A stretch of DNA of 64,000 bases from Candidatus Rokubacteria bacterium RIFCSPLOWO2_02_FULL_73_56. GTDB lineage: Bacteria > Methylomirabilota > Methylomirabilia > Rokubacteriales > CSP1-6. The notes beneath the pieces were generated by a model. That model was given only the letters and a program-made list of their open reading frames with translations. It was not told where the DNA came from and did no database searches. The position numbers were made by a program, and so were the translations under genes. How positions within the stretch are numbered: position 1 is the first letter of the stretch; every line of letters starts with the position of its first letter. Positions 44,033 to 53,300 of this stretch are shown here, in pieces. The stretch is taken from assembly GCA_001788495.1 (NCBI GenBank), contig MGCF01000111.1, positions 9,101 to 73,100 on the forward strand, written 5' to 3'.

Positions 44033-46045
44033 GTGGCGAACCGCCTGGCGCGCGAGACGAGCCCCTATCTGCTCCAGCACAAGGACAACCCGGTCGACTG
44101 GTACCCGTGGGGCGAGGAGGCGCTCGCCCGCGCGCGCGCCGAGGACAAGCCCGTGCTCCTGTCCGTGGGCTACTCGGCGTGCCACTGGTGCCACGTGATG
44201 GAGCACGAGTCGTTCGAGGACCCGGACATCGCCGCGCTGATGAACCGGCACTTCGTCTGCATCAAGGTGGACCGCGAGGAGCGGCCCGACGTGGATCAGA
44301 TCTACATGCAGGCCGTGCAGTCCATGACGGGCCACGGCGGCTGGCCACTGACGTGCTTCCTCACGCCCGAGGGCGCACCGTTCTACGGCGGCACCTACTT
44401 CCCGCCGACTGAACGCCACGGGCTGCCCGCGTTCCCACGGCTGCTCCAGGCGCTCGCCGACGCGTGGGCGAACCGCCGTGGCGAAGTCACGGAATCGTCC
44501 CGCCAGATCCGGGAGACGCTCGCGCAGGGCGAGCGCCTGCGCGCCTCGACCACGCTCCTGACCGACGAGATCCTGTTCGGCGCCTTCCAGGCCGTCTCGG
44601 CGCAGTTCGACGAGCGCGACGGCGGCCTCGGCGGCGCGCCGAAGTTCCCGCAGCCGATGCTCTGGGAGTTCGTCCTGCGCTTCGCCCGGCGGAGCGACAA
44701 CGCGCGCGCCCGCCAGATGGCCCACACGACGCTCAGCACGATGGCGCGCGGCGGGATGTACGACCAGGTCGGCGGCGGCTTCCACCGCTACGCGGTGGAC
44801 GCGCAGTGGCTCGTGCCGCACTTCGAGAAGATGCTGTACGACAACGCCCAGCTCGCCTCGCTGTACCTGCACGGCTGGCTCGCCTTCGGCGACCCCGAGT
44901 GCCGGCGCGTCTGCGAGGAGACGCTCGACTACCTCCTGCGCGAGATGGCCGACCCGGCGGGCGGCTTCTACTCGGCGACCGACGCCGACAGCGAGGGCCA
45001 CGAGGGCAAGTTCTTCGTCTGGACGCCCGAGGAGCTGCGCGCGGTGCTGGGCCCGGCCGACGCCGAGTGGGCCGGGCGCTACTGGGGCGTGGACCGCGGG
45101 GCGAACTTCGAGGGCCAGAGCATCCTCTGGGTGCCCGGCGAGCCCGACGCCGCGCGCGTCGCGCCGCTCCGCGCGAAGCTCTACGAGGCGCGGCGACGCC
45201 GGGTGCCGCCGGGGCTCGACGACAAGGTGCTCGCCGCCTGGAACGGCCTGGCGTGCCGCGCCCTGGCCGAGGCCGGGCGCGCGCTCGGCCGGGCCGACTA
45301 CGTGGCCGCCGCCGTCAGGAACGCGGACTTCCTGCTGCGCGAGCTGCGGGGCAACGGGCGGCTGCTGCGCACCTGGAAGGCGGGGCAGGCGAAGCTCAAG
45401 GGCTACCTCGAGGACCACGCGATGGTCGCCGCGGCGCTCCTCGAGGTGTACGAGGCGACGTTCGAGCGCCGCTGGCTCGACGCGGCGCGCGGCCTCGCGG
45501 ACGAGCTGCTGCGCCTGTTCTGGGACGAGAAGCTCGAAGGCTTCTGGGACACCGGGAGCGACCACGAGCCGCTCATCGTCCGCCCGCGCAACCTGTTCGA
45601 CAACGCGGTGCCGTGCGGCAGCTCGGTCGCGATCGAAACGCTGCTGCGCCTGGCGGTGCTCACGGGCGAGCGGCGGTACGAGACGCTGGCGATGGGCGCC
45701 CTGCGGCCGATGGCCGATCTGATGACGCGCCACGCGACGGGCTTCGGTCGCTTCCTCTGCGCGCTCGACTTCCACCTGGGGCCCGTGGTCGAGGTCGCGC
45801 TGGTGGCGCCGCGCGCGGGCGACGGCCTCGAGCCGCTCGTCGCCGAGGTCTTCGGGCGCTTCCTGCCGAACCGCGTCGTCGCGGGGATGGTCGCGGGCGA
45901 CGCCGCGGCGGCCGCGGGCGTGCCGCTCCTGCAGGGGCGGAGCGCGGTGGACGGCAGGGCGACGGCCTACGTCTGCCGCGACTACGCGTGCGAGCTGCCC
46001 GTCACCGACCGCGCCGCGCTCGCCCGCCAGCTCGACGCCGTCTAG
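44033..46045 (+). CDS. DUF255 thioredoxin-domain protein (YyaL-like) with a six-hairpin glycosidase-like C-domain
   Basis: [22 protein letters not shown]...[19 protein letters not shown]...[15 protein letters not shown] start. Confidence 0.9.
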   Translation: MANRLARETSPYLLQHKDNPVDWYPWGEEALARARAEDKPVLLSVGYSACHWCHVMEHESFEDPDIAALMNRHFVCIKVDREERPDVDQIYMQAVQSMTGHGGWPLTCFLTPEGAPFYGGTYFPPTERHGLPAFPRLLQALADAWANRRGEVTESSRQIRETLAQGERLRASTTLLTDEILFGAFQAVSAQFDERDGGLGGAPKFPQPMLWEFVLRFARRSDNARARQMAHTTLSTMARGGMYDQVGGGFHRYAVDAQWLVPHFEKMLYDNAQLASLYLHGWLAFGDPECRRVCEETLDYLLREMADPAGGFYSATDADSEGHEGKFFVWTPEELRAVLGPADAEWAGRYWGVDRGANFEGQSILWVPGEPDAARVAPLRAKLYEARRRRVPPGLDDKVLAAWNGLACRALAEAGRALGRADYVAAAVRNADFLLRELRGNGRLLRTWKAGQAKLKGYLEDHAMVAAALLEVYEATFERRWLDAARGLADELLRLFWDEKLEGFWDTGSDHEPLIVRPRNLFDNAVPCGSSVAIETLLRLAVLTGERRYETLAMGALRPMADLMTRHATGFGRFLCALDFHLGPVVEVALVAPRAGDGLEPLVAEVFGRFLPNRVVAGMVAGDAAAAAGVPLLQGRSAVDGRATAYVCRDYACELPVTDRAALARQLDAV

Positions 46046-46049
46046 TCAA

Positions 46050-46571
46050 TCAGCGCTCGAGATCGACGGCGAGCGCGCCGTTGATCCGGTTGGTGAAGTT
46101 AGCCGTCGCGACGGTCGCGGCCAGCTCGACGATCCCGCGATCCGACAGATGCCGCCGGAGCTCGGCGTGGAGCGCCTCGTCCACCGCGGCGAGCGTCGTG
46201 AGCTGCTCGGCGTAGCGCAGCACGAGCCGCTCGACCGGCGCGAAGGCGGCGCTCGTCCCCCACGTGGCGAGCCCGGCGACCTGCGCGTCCGTGAGCCCCG
46301 CCCTCAGCCCGAGGGCCGTGTGGTGCGCGAGTCAGTAGGCGCAGCCGTTGACCTGCGAGGTCTTGAGGTACGCCAGCTCGCGGAGCTTCGCGTCGAGCGT
46401 CGCCGTCCTGAGCGCGCCCAGGAGTGTCTCGGCGGCGGCGGCCGCGGCGGGGAAATGGGCGAGCGCTTTGAAGAAGTTGAGCACGCGGCCGGCGCGCTGG
46501 CGCACGCCCGCGAACACGCGCGCGACGTCCTCGGGCGCGCCCTCGGGCTCGACGTACGGGACGCGGGCCAT
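46050..46571 (-). CDS. Carboxymuconolactone decarboxylase / AhpD-like family protein with an in-frame TGA at the second redox-motif Cys (selenocysteine candidate, or a recent nonsense mutation)
   Basis: ATG at 46571 (MARVPYVEPEG...). The translation reads ...SQVNGCAY-TGA(46332-46334)-LAHHTALGLRAGLTDAQV...NRINGALAVDLER, in frame, to the TGA at 46050-46052. The family motif NxCxYCxxxH fits exactly with the TGA in the second Cys position. Confidence 0.65.
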
Positions 46572-46689
46572 GGCGCCCCATCCTAGGCGACGCCCGGCCG
46601 GACCGCAAGGCGGCGGCGCGAGCCTCCTCGATACTCCCGTTGACCGGCTCCACGCGTGACGATAGTCTCGCGGGACGGAGGGCGTTGCC

Positions 46690-48276
46690 ATGATCATCAG
46701 GAGCACCAGTCCTGACGTCACCGTTCCCGAGGTCTCCATCACCGAGTACGTGCTCCGTCACGCGGAGCGGCTCGGCGACAAGCCCGCGATGGTGGACGGG
46801 CCGAGCGGCCGCACGCTGACGTACCGGCAGCTCGCCGACGGCGTCCGCCGCGCGGCCACGGGCCTGGCCCGCCGCGGGTTCAAGAAGGGCGACGTCTTCG
46901 CGATCTACAGCCCGAACCTCCCGGAGTACGCGGTGGCCTTCAACGCGGTCGCGTCCCTCGGCGGCGTCAACACGACCGTCAACCCGCTCTACACCGCCGA
47001 CGAGCTGGTCAAGCAGCTCGAGGACTCGGGGGCGCGCTTCCTGGTGACGGTCGGGCCCTTCCTGGACAAGGCGCGGGAGGCGGCCGCCAGGGCGCGTGTC
47101 GAGGAGGTGTTCGTGTTCGGGACGGCGGAGGGCGCGCGCCCGTTCGCCGAGCTGCTCGCGGCGCCGCCGAGTCCGCCGTCGGTGGCCATCGACGCCCGGC
47201 GCGACGTGGTCGTGCTGCCGTACTCGAGCGGCACGACCGGCCTGCCCAAGGGCGTCATGCTCACGCACGAGAACCTCGTCGCCAACCTCTGCCAGTGCCT
47301 CGGCATGCAGAACTTCGACGGCTTCACCGAGCAGGACACCATCCTGGCCGTGCTGCCGTACTTCCACATCTACGGCATGGTGGTCATCATGATGTTCGGC
47401 CTCTGCCAGGGGGCCACCGTCGTCAGCATGCCGCGCTTCGACATGCAGGAGTTCCTCGGGATCGTCCAGAAGTACCGGGTGACGGTCGCGCCCATCGTGC
47501 CGCCGATCGTGCTCGGCATGGTCAAGCACCCGGCCGTGAGCCAGTTCGACCTCTCCAGCCTGCGGCTGATCTTCTCCGGCGCGGCGCCGCTCGGCGAGGA
47601 GATCGCGCGGGCGCTGAGCAAGCGGCTCGGCTGTCCCGTCGTGCAGGGCTACGGCATGACCGAGGCGAGCCCCGTCACGCATTTGAGCCCCACGCGGAAC
47701 GCGCCGGTCAAGCCGGGCTCGATCGGCATGGTCGTGCCGAGCACCGAGGTGAAGCTCGTGGACGTCGTCACCGGCGCCGAGCTGGGCAAGAAGCAGGAGG
47801 GCGAGCTGCTGATCCGCGGGCCCCAGATCATGAAGGGCTACCTCGGCCGGCCCGAGGACACCGCGCAGGCGATCGACACGGAGGGCTGGTACCACTCGGG
47901 CGACGTCGGCTACGTGGACGACGAGGGCTGGTTCTACATCGTCGACCGCACCAAGGAGCTGATCAAGTACAAGGGGATGCAGGTCGCGCCGGCGGAGCTC
48001 GAGGCCCTGCTGGCGACCCACCCGGCCGTGCTCGACGCCGCGGTCATCCGCAAGGCGGACGAGGAGGCGGGCGAGGTGCCCAAGGCCTTCGTGGTCCTCA
48101 AGCCTGACGCGGCCGCGCGCGCGACGACGGCCGAGGCGCTCATGGCCTGGGTCGCCGAGCGCGTCGCGCCGCACAAGCGCGTGCGCCACGTCGAGTTCAT
48201 CGACCAGATCCCCAAATCGGCCTCGGGCAAGATCCTGCGCCGCATGCTGGTCGAGCGCGAGAAAGCGGCGGGCTAG
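46690..48276 (+). CDS. 4-coumarate-CoA ligase-like AMP-dependent synthetase
   Basis: LPYSSGTTGLPKGVMLTH, GYGMTE, GELLIRGPQIMKGYL, WYHSGDVG, DRTKELIKYKG and SGKILRR. Confidence 0.9.
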   Translation: MIIRSTSPDVTVPEVSITEYVLRHAERLGDKPAMVDGPSGRTLTYRQLADGVRRAATGLARRGFKKGDVFAIYSPNLPEYAVAFNAVASLGGVNTTVNPLYTADELVKQLEDSGARFLVTVGPFLDKAREAAARARVEEVFVFGTAEGARPFAELLAAPPSPPSVAIDARRDVVVLPYSSGTTGLPKGVMLTHENLVANLCQCLGMQNFDGFTEQDTILAVLPYFHIYGMVVIMMFGLCQGATVVSMPRFDMQEFLGIVQKYRVTVAPIVPPIVLGMVKHPAVSQFDLSSLRLIFSGAAPLGEEIARALSKRLGCPVVQGYGMTEASPVTHLSPTRNAPVKPGSIGMVVPSTEVKLVDVVTGAELGKKQEGELLIRGPQIMKGYLGRPEDTAQAIDTEGWYHSGDVGYVDDEGWFYIVDRTKELIKYKGMQVAPAELEALLATHPAVLDAAVIRKADEEAGEVPKAFVVLKPDAAARATTAEALMAWVAERVAPHKRVRHVEFIDQIPKSASGKILRRMLVEREKAAG

Positions 48277-48821
48277 CGCTCCCGCCCGGCGGCCCGGCTG
48301 CCGGGGAACGGCAAGAACATCCACGTGTCCTTCATGTACGCGGCGTACGCGTCCCCGAACTTGGCGAGGTTCTCCGCCTCCTCCGCCCGCGCCGTGGCGA
48401 TCAGGGCGCCCACCATGACCAGCGCCACCCCGCCCGAGACGAGGGACGGGCCCTTCAGGAGCGCGCCCAGGCCGAGGAGGAGCAGCGCGCAGTACAGGGG
48501 ATGGCGGATGTGCCTGTACGCTCCGACACGGACCAGTCGCGTGGTGTTCTCGACGCGCCCCTCGGGTTTGCCGACCACGCGGAGCAGGTGGAAGCCGTGC
48601 GCCGCGAGCGCCGCCGACGCAGCGAGCAGCATCCACGACAGGATCTGCCGGACCGCGAAGGGATGGCTGAACCACTGCCGCGCGTTGAGCACGACCAGGG
48701 CCAGGATCGATTCGAACGCGAAGAACCGGTAGAAGCCGTGCGCGCGCGGGTTCGCCAGGGACGTCCAGGAGATGGCGACGATCCCCGCGGACGCGACGGC
48801 GAAGACGCTCAGCTCGAGCAT
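48273..48821 (-). CDS. Isoprenylcysteine carboxyl methyltransferase (ICMT/PEMT) family membrane protein
   Basis: Multi-TM protein with LVRVGAYRHIRHPLYCALLL and AEEAENLAKFGDAYAAYM. It shares a CTAG stop overlap with the convergent ligase gene. Confidence 0.8.
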   Translation of the reverse strand: MLELSVFAVASAGIVAISWTSLANPRAHGFYRFFAFESILALVVLNARQWFSHPFAVRQILSWMLLAASAALAAHGFHLLRVVGKPEGRVENTTRLVRVGAYRHIRHPLYCALLLLGLGALLKGPSLVSGGVALVMVGALIATARAEEAENLAKFGDAYAAYMKDTWMFLPFPGSRAAGRER

Positions 48822-48878
48822 GGCACGATCGGCGGCAGGTCGCTGGTCGGCCCGTGCGCCAGTCGGGCAGGGGGCGAG

Positions 48879-49250
48879 TCAGGGCGCAACGGCGTAGGCC
48901 AGCCAGAGGCCCAGCACGAGCGCAAAGCCCGCCCAGACCCGCATGAAGATCGGCCCGCGCGCCGACCACCACTCGCGAAGCCGGCGAAAGCGCGCGACCC
49001 CGACGAGAGGCGTGACGAGCCCCGCCACGACGATGACGGCGCCGAGGAGGCGGACGACCTCGGGTGCGCGCGAGGTGGGTGCGGTGAGGACGAGCGCCAC
49101 GCCCAGGACGACGCGGAGAGCCGCCGCGGCGTAGAGCCCGCCCGGGCTCTCGAGACGCCGCACGACGCCCACGAGTCTCGCCGGCGCGACGACGCCAAGC
49201 GCGCCCAGGGCGGCGACGAGGAGGCTCAGGACGAGGGCGACGAGCCACAT
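48879..49250 (-). CDS. Small hypothetical membrane protein (about 4 TM segments)
   Basis: Hydrophobic translation starting MWLVALVLSLLVAALGALGVV. The start was chosen at ATG 49250. The track start at 49295 would add a non-hydrophobic leader. Confidence 0.5.
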   Translation of the reverse strand: MWLVALVLSLLVAALGALGVVAPARLVGVVRRLESPGGLYAAAALRVVLGVALVLTAPTSRAPEVVRLLGAVIVVAGLVTPLVGVARFRRLREWWSARGPIFMRVWAGFALVLGLWLAYAVAP

Positions 49251-50062
49251 GCGACCACTCGATGCGCTCCCTGGCCCTCGTGCCACAGGCCCCAACGCGC
49301 TCTTATGGCCTTCGCGATGATGCTCTTGGTTCTTTCCACGGCATCAGGGTTGGGCTCAACGCGGGCTATCCGGGCCCTTCCGTATGTGAAAGTGTAGGAG
49401 AAGACGTCGTCGTAACCGTGAGTTGCGCCCTTCAACTCATGGAACTCCACGGGGTCCCGGCCTCGTGCCAGGCCCGAACAGGCGTGGCTGTAACCCTCGT
49501 CCCTGCCGACGTCGTCGAGGTCGCCAAAGAAGATATGCACCTGGGTTGGCCTCCCGTATGTGCTCCGGCACCTATCAGGGCCCCAGCCGCCAGGGTAGAG
49601 GGCGAAAACAAAGGTTGGCGCCGCACGCTCGCCCGTGAAATGGGGTCCAGCCTCAAGCGCCTGTTGGCCTCCGCGCGAGAATCCCATGAGCGCGAAGCGG
49701 CTCGTATCGATCCTGGGATGAGTTTTGAGGAGATCCCAGGCTATGGCCGCGTCTTCGGTGTACATGGATCGCGCGGGGTTGGTCGTGCGATTCCGAATCC
49801 CCGCGTTGTCAACGATCGCTGACGCGACTCCCAGGGTCTTGAACCAAGAGGCCCATTTCTCGGCGCGTCTGTTGCCGCCCCCGGTTCCTTGATAGAAGAT
49901 GACGACGGGAAACTTCCCATCTCTCTCCGGGATCGCAACAGTAAGATTCTTCTGCACCATGTGCACCATGTCCGGCGTGATGGTCGTGGTTGCACATGAG
50001 AGCACACCGAAACAAAGAGCAACAACCAGAAGGGCAATGCCTTTGTGCGTCAGCGGGTTCAC
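49226..50062 (-). CDS. Dienelactone-hydrolase-like alpha/beta hydrolase, probable lipoprotein, in a lower-GC region
   Basis: N-terminal signal with Cys (LCFGVLSCATT), nucleophile elbow GFSRGG, and a late HGYDD. Its codon usage is visibly less GC3-biased than that of neighbouring genes. Confidence 0.7.
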   Translation of the reverse strand: MNPLTHKGIALLVVALCFGVLSCATTTITPDMVHMVQKNLTVAIPERDGKFPVVIFYQGTGGGNRRAEKWASWFKTLGVASAIVDNAGIRNRTTNPARSMYTEDAAIAWDLLKTHPRIDTSRFALMGFSRGGQQALEAGPHFTGERAAPTFVFALYPGGWGPDRCRSTYGRPTQVHIFFGDLDDVGRDEGYSHACSGLARGRDPVEFHELKGATHGYDDVFSYTFTYGRARIARVEPNPDAVERTKSIIAKAIRARWGLWHEGQGAHRVVACGSSPSS

Positions 50063-50745
50063 TGGTGGGGGCGGAATCGTCGATCCGGGTCTATAGGCCT
50101 ATCCGGATACGACTGCGGATTCCGGACCCAGCCACCAGGTCCTTCACGGTGCCCGACACGAGCACCTCGCCTGCGCCGGCCAGTGATGCGACGCGCGCCC
50201 CCGTGTGGACCGCAATGCCGCTGAGCTTGTCCCCCAGGATCTCGCACTCTCCCGTGTGGAGCCCGGCACGGATCTCCAGACCCAGGCGGCGCATCTCCCG
50301 CACGATCGCGCCAGCTGCATGGAAATTCTTGCCGCTCGACCCCTGGCATCCACTGCCAGACCCTTCGCGCTGGATTCCACGTCCCGCCGGCCTGCTTCAC
50401 CCGGTCGCGCACTGCCACGTCGGCAAAGGCGACGCGTAACCCGACGATCTGGTCGTGGGCGAAGCGAGGCGGTGGCGGTCGCCAATCGCGTTCGGCGACG
50501 AGGAGTTCGAGGGTTTTGAACCGCTTCTTCCGCTGCGCGAGGAGCTGCTCCGTACCCGCGCGGGGGGACTCGCGCGCGCGGCGGGGTGGCGCGACCCGGG
50601 CGGAGGGTTCGGCCGGTGCGATCGATGAGGCGCGGGAAGGGGGGCCGGCGGGGCTCGGCTCGTGGACGGCGGCCGGCGATCCGCACCGGCGGCCCTCCGG
50701 CAGCACCGCGTACGAGAGCGGAAGCTCCCTGAGAACGCTGGTCAT
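50059..50745 (-). CDS. Hypothetical ORF with a DUF5710-like motif; its 3' half reads through the cyclase remnant in another frame
   Basis: LRVAFADVAVRDRVKQAGGTWNPARRVWQW resembles the VPFxxKDxAKxxGAxWDxxxKxW motif of DUF5710 domains found in mobile-element proteins. The N-terminus is Pro/Ala/Ser-rich. Past about 50340 the frame has no independent support. Confidence 0.3.
   Translation of the reverse strand: MTSVLRELPLSYAVLPEGRRCGSPAAVHEPSPAGPPSRASSIAPAEPSARVAPPRRARESPRAGTEQLLAQRKKRFKTLELLVAERDWRPPPPRFAHDQIVGLRVAFADVAVRDRVKQAGGTWNPARRVWQWMPGVERQEFPCSWRDRAGDAPPGSGDPCRAPHGRVRDPGGQAQRHCGPHGGARRITGRRRRGARVGHREGPGGWVRNPQSYPDRPIDPDRRFRPHQ
50091..50330 (-). pseudogene. Internal fragment of a class III adenylate/guanylate cyclase catalytic domain (remnant)
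   Basis: The translation HAAGAIVREMRRLGLEIRAGLHTGECEILGDKLSGIAVHTGARVASLAGAGEVLVSGTVKDLVAGSGI matches the C-terminal half of CYCc domains. The N-terminal half and the last strands are absent. Confidence 0.65.
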
Positions 50746-50936
50746 GCCACGGTTCGCCCTCTGTCAGCAAACAGGATAGACGACGCGCCCGGGTCGCGCA
50801 ATGTCCGTGTTCCACCACGTCGGACGTGCCGGGCGAGCACCAGGAGTCGGGCGCGCCCGATCGACCCGCTTAACGAAGTCGTCGGGAAGCGATATCATCA
50901 CCTGCGCCACGGAACTCTCGTGAGGAGGCGCCAAGG

Positions 50937-52886
50937 ATGAGCCAGCCCGGCAAGAGCGAGATCGTCTGGCGGCCCAGCAAGGAGTACCTCGAGCGCTCGC
51001 GCATCGCGCGGTTCATGAAGGCGCAGGGTGTGCCCGATCTGGCGACGCTCCAGCGGCGCTCGATCACGGAGCCGGAGTGGTACTGGGACGCCGTGGTGAA
51101 GGACCTCGGCATTCGCTGGTCCCGGCCGTACGCGCGCGTGCTCGACGTCTCGCGCGGGATCGAGTGGCCGCAGTGGTTTCCGGGCGGACTCCTGAACTTC
51201 GCCGACAACTGCGTGGACCGCCACGTGGACGCCGGCCGCGGCGCCAAGCCCGCCATCATCTGGGAGGGCGACGACGGCCAGTCGCGCACGCTCAGCTACG
51301 CGGAGCTCCTGGGCGAGGTCGGCAAGCTCGCCAACGCCCTCACGCGCCTGGGCGTGGGCGAGGGCGACCGCGTGGGCGTGTTCCTGCCGATGTCGCCCGA
51401 GGCCGCGATCGCGACGCTCGCCGTCGTGCGCATCGGCGCGATCTACACGCCGTGCTTCTCGGGCTACGGCGCCGGCGCCGTGGCGTCACGCCTGCAAGAT
51501 TGCGAGGCGAAGGCGCTGATCACCGCCGACGGCTTCTACCGCCGCGGCCAGGTCGTGACGATGAAGGAGACGGCCGACGAGGCCGTGGCCGCGTGCCCGT
51601 CGGTGGAGCACGTGCTCGTCTACCGCCGCCTCGGCCGCGAGATCCCCTGGGCGCAGGGCCGCGACCTCTGGTGGCAGGACCTGACGGACAAGGAGAGCGA
51701 CCGGTGCCCGGCGCTCCCGGTGCCGGCCGACCACCCGTGCCTCATCATCTATACGTCGGGCACGACGGGGCGGCCGAAGGGCGCGGTGCTCACGCAGGGC
51801 GGGTTCCTGCTCAAGTGCGCCCACGACTTCGCCTATCTGATGGACGTGGGCGAGGGCGACCGCCTGTTCTGGCTCACCGACCTCGGCTGGCTCATGGGCC
51901 CGATGCTGCTGACGGCGGCGCTCTCGGCCGGGGGCACGGCCATCGTCTTCGAGGGCGTGCCCGATTATCCGAAGCCCGACCGGCTCTGGGGGATCGTCGA
52001 GCGCCACAGGGTGACGGTGGCGGGGCTCTCGCCGACGGCGGTGCGCGCGCTCATGCCCCACGGCCCCGAGCACGTTCACGCCCACGATCTGTCCACGCTG
52101 CGGATCATCGGCTCCACCGGCGAGCCGTGGAACCCCGAGCCCTACCGGTGGCTCTTCGAGAACGCGGGCAAGGCGCGCCTGCCCATCATCAACTACACGG
52201 GTGGCACCGAGATCTCGGGCGGGATCCTCGGCTGCTTTCCGATCGCGCCGATCAAGCCGTGCTCGTTCGCGGGGCCGATCCCGGGGATGGCGGCCGACTG
52301 CTACGGGGAGGACGGCCGGCCGGTGCGCGGGCAGGTGGGCGAGCTGGTCGTCACGCGCCCCTGGCCGGGGATGACGCAGGGCTTCTGGAAGGACCCCAAG
52401 CGCTACGAGGAGACGTACTGGGCGCGCTGGCCCGGCGTCTGGGTGCATGGCGACTGGACCTTCATCGACGAGGACGGCTTCTGGTATATCCAGGGGCGCT
52501 CGGACGACACGCTCAAGATCGCGGGCAAGCGCCTCGGGCCCGCCGAGGTCGAGTCGGTGCTGGTCTCGCACGAGGCCGTCGCCGAGTCCGCGGCGATCGG
52601 CGTACCGCACGCCGTCAAGGGCGAGGCGATCGTCTGCTTCGCGGTGCTGCGCCCGGGCACGGCGGCGTCGGAGCCGCTGCGCGCCGAGCTGACCGCGCTC
52701 GTCGCCCGGAAGATGGGCAAGGCGCTCAAGCCCGAGCGCGTGCTCTTCGTGCGCGACCTGCCGAAGACCCGGAGCGCCAAGATCATGCGGCGGGTGATCC
52801 GCGCCACCTACCTCGGCCGTGAGCCCGGCGACCTCTCCTCGCTCGAGAACCCCGCGGCCGTCGAGGCCGTGCGCCACGCGACCTAG
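50937..52886 (+). CDS. Acetyl-CoA synthetase-family AMP-forming acyl-CoA synthetase
   Basis: Acs-like N-terminal extension (EPEWYWDAVVKDL, NFADNCVDRH). AMP-binding motifs IIYTSGTTGRPKGAV, WVHGDW and QGRSDDTLKIAGKRLG, with the C-terminal lysine motif RSAKIMRR. Confidence 0.9.
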   Translation: MSQPGKSEIVWRPSKEYLERSRIARFMKAQGVPDLATLQRRSITEPEWYWDAVVKDLGIRWSRPYARVLDVSRGIEWPQWFPGGLLNFADNCVDRHVDAGRGAKPAIIWEGDDGQSRTLSYAELLGEVGKLANALTRLGVGEGDRVGVFLPMSPEAAIATLAVVRIGAIYTPCFSGYGAGAVASRLQDCEAKALITADGFYRRGQVVTMKETADEAVAACPSVEHVLVYRRLGREIPWAQGRDLWWQDLTDKESDRCPALPVPADHPCLIIYTSGTTGRPKGAVLTQGGFLLKCAHDFAYLMDVGEGDRLFWLTDLGWLMGPMLLTAALSAGGTAIVFEGVPDYPKPDRLWGIVERHRVTVAGLSPTAVRALMPHGPEHVHAHDLSTLRIIGSTGEPWNPEPYRWLFENAGKARLPIINYTGGTEISGGILGCFPIAPIKPCSFAGPIPGMAADCYGEDGRPVRGQVGELVVTRPWPGMTQGFWKDPKRYEETYWARWPGVWVHGDWTFIDEDGFWYIQGRSDDTLKIAGKRLGPAEVESVLVSHEAVAESAAIGVPHAVKGEAIVCFAVLRPGTAASEPLRAELTALVARKMGKALKPERVLFVRDLPKTRSAKIMRRVIRATYLGREPGDLSSLENPAAVEAVRHAT

Positions 52887-52960
52887 GTCGCGTGGGGGGC
52901 CCCGACATGGCCCCGGGCTCGCCGCGGGCGGAGTCGACGAGGTGGTATACTCCCAGTGGC

Positions 52961-53059
52961 GTCGTGGGGGGAGGGATTCCTGAGAACCGGGTGCGGCCCG
53001 GGACCCCTCGAACCTGACCTGGATAATCCCAGCGAAGGGAACACGGCGGGCCCGACGAC
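52961..53059 (+). promoter_or_regulatory. TPP (THI-box) riboswitch
   Basis: The conserved core is present: ggggagggattcCTGAGAaccgggtgcggcccggGACCCctcGAACCTGAcCTGGATAATcCCAGCGaAGGGAAca. A P1-like pairing (gtcgt...acgac) closes it. It sits directly upstream of thiS. Confidence 0.9.
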
Positions 53060-53064
53060 ACCTA

Positions 53065-53098
53065 CGGCCGCACCCGAGAGGGCGCGGCCGTTTCGTTT
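53065..53098 (+). terminator. Intrinsic terminator/attenuator forming the riboswitch expression platform
   Basis: The stem pairs 53065-53075 with 53080-53090 (10 bp and one mismatch) around a GAGA loop. The T-rich run TTTCGTTT follows, which is rare in this GC-rich DNA and ends at the thiS ATG. The only purine-rich RBS-like stretch (gagaggg) lies inside the hairpin. Confidence 0.7.
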
Positions 53099-53299
53099 AT
53101 GCGGATCTCGGTCAACGGCAAGGAGCTGGAGGTCACCGACGGGCTCAGCGTGGAGGGCCTGCTCGCGCACCTCGGCGTCAGGCGCGAGTACACGGCCGTC
53201 GCCGTGAACCGCGAGGTGACGCCGAAGAGCGCGTACACGGCGACCACGCTCCACGACGGCGACCGGGTGGAGATCGTCAGACCCATGGGGGGCGGCTAG
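53099..53299 (+). CDS. thiS: Sulfur-carrier protein ThiS
   Basis: 66 aa, [12 protein letters not shown]..., ending in the obligatory GG (PMGGG). Confidence 0.9.
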   Translation: MRISVNGKELEVTDGLSVEGLLAHLGVRREYTAVAVNREVTPKSAYTATTLHDGDRVEIVRPMGGG

Positions 53300-53300
53300 C

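Noticed and set aside
46332-46742. The track ORF 46332-46742 taken at face value as a 136-aa protein ending at the TGA.
   Set aside because: Its first 57 codons (MMETSGTVTSG...) run across the divergent promoter region toward the 4CL-like gene and look non-coding. The family-typical N-terminus starts at the ATG at 46571. The gene would also be cut in the middle of its redox motif, so the read-through or pseudogene interpretation fits better.
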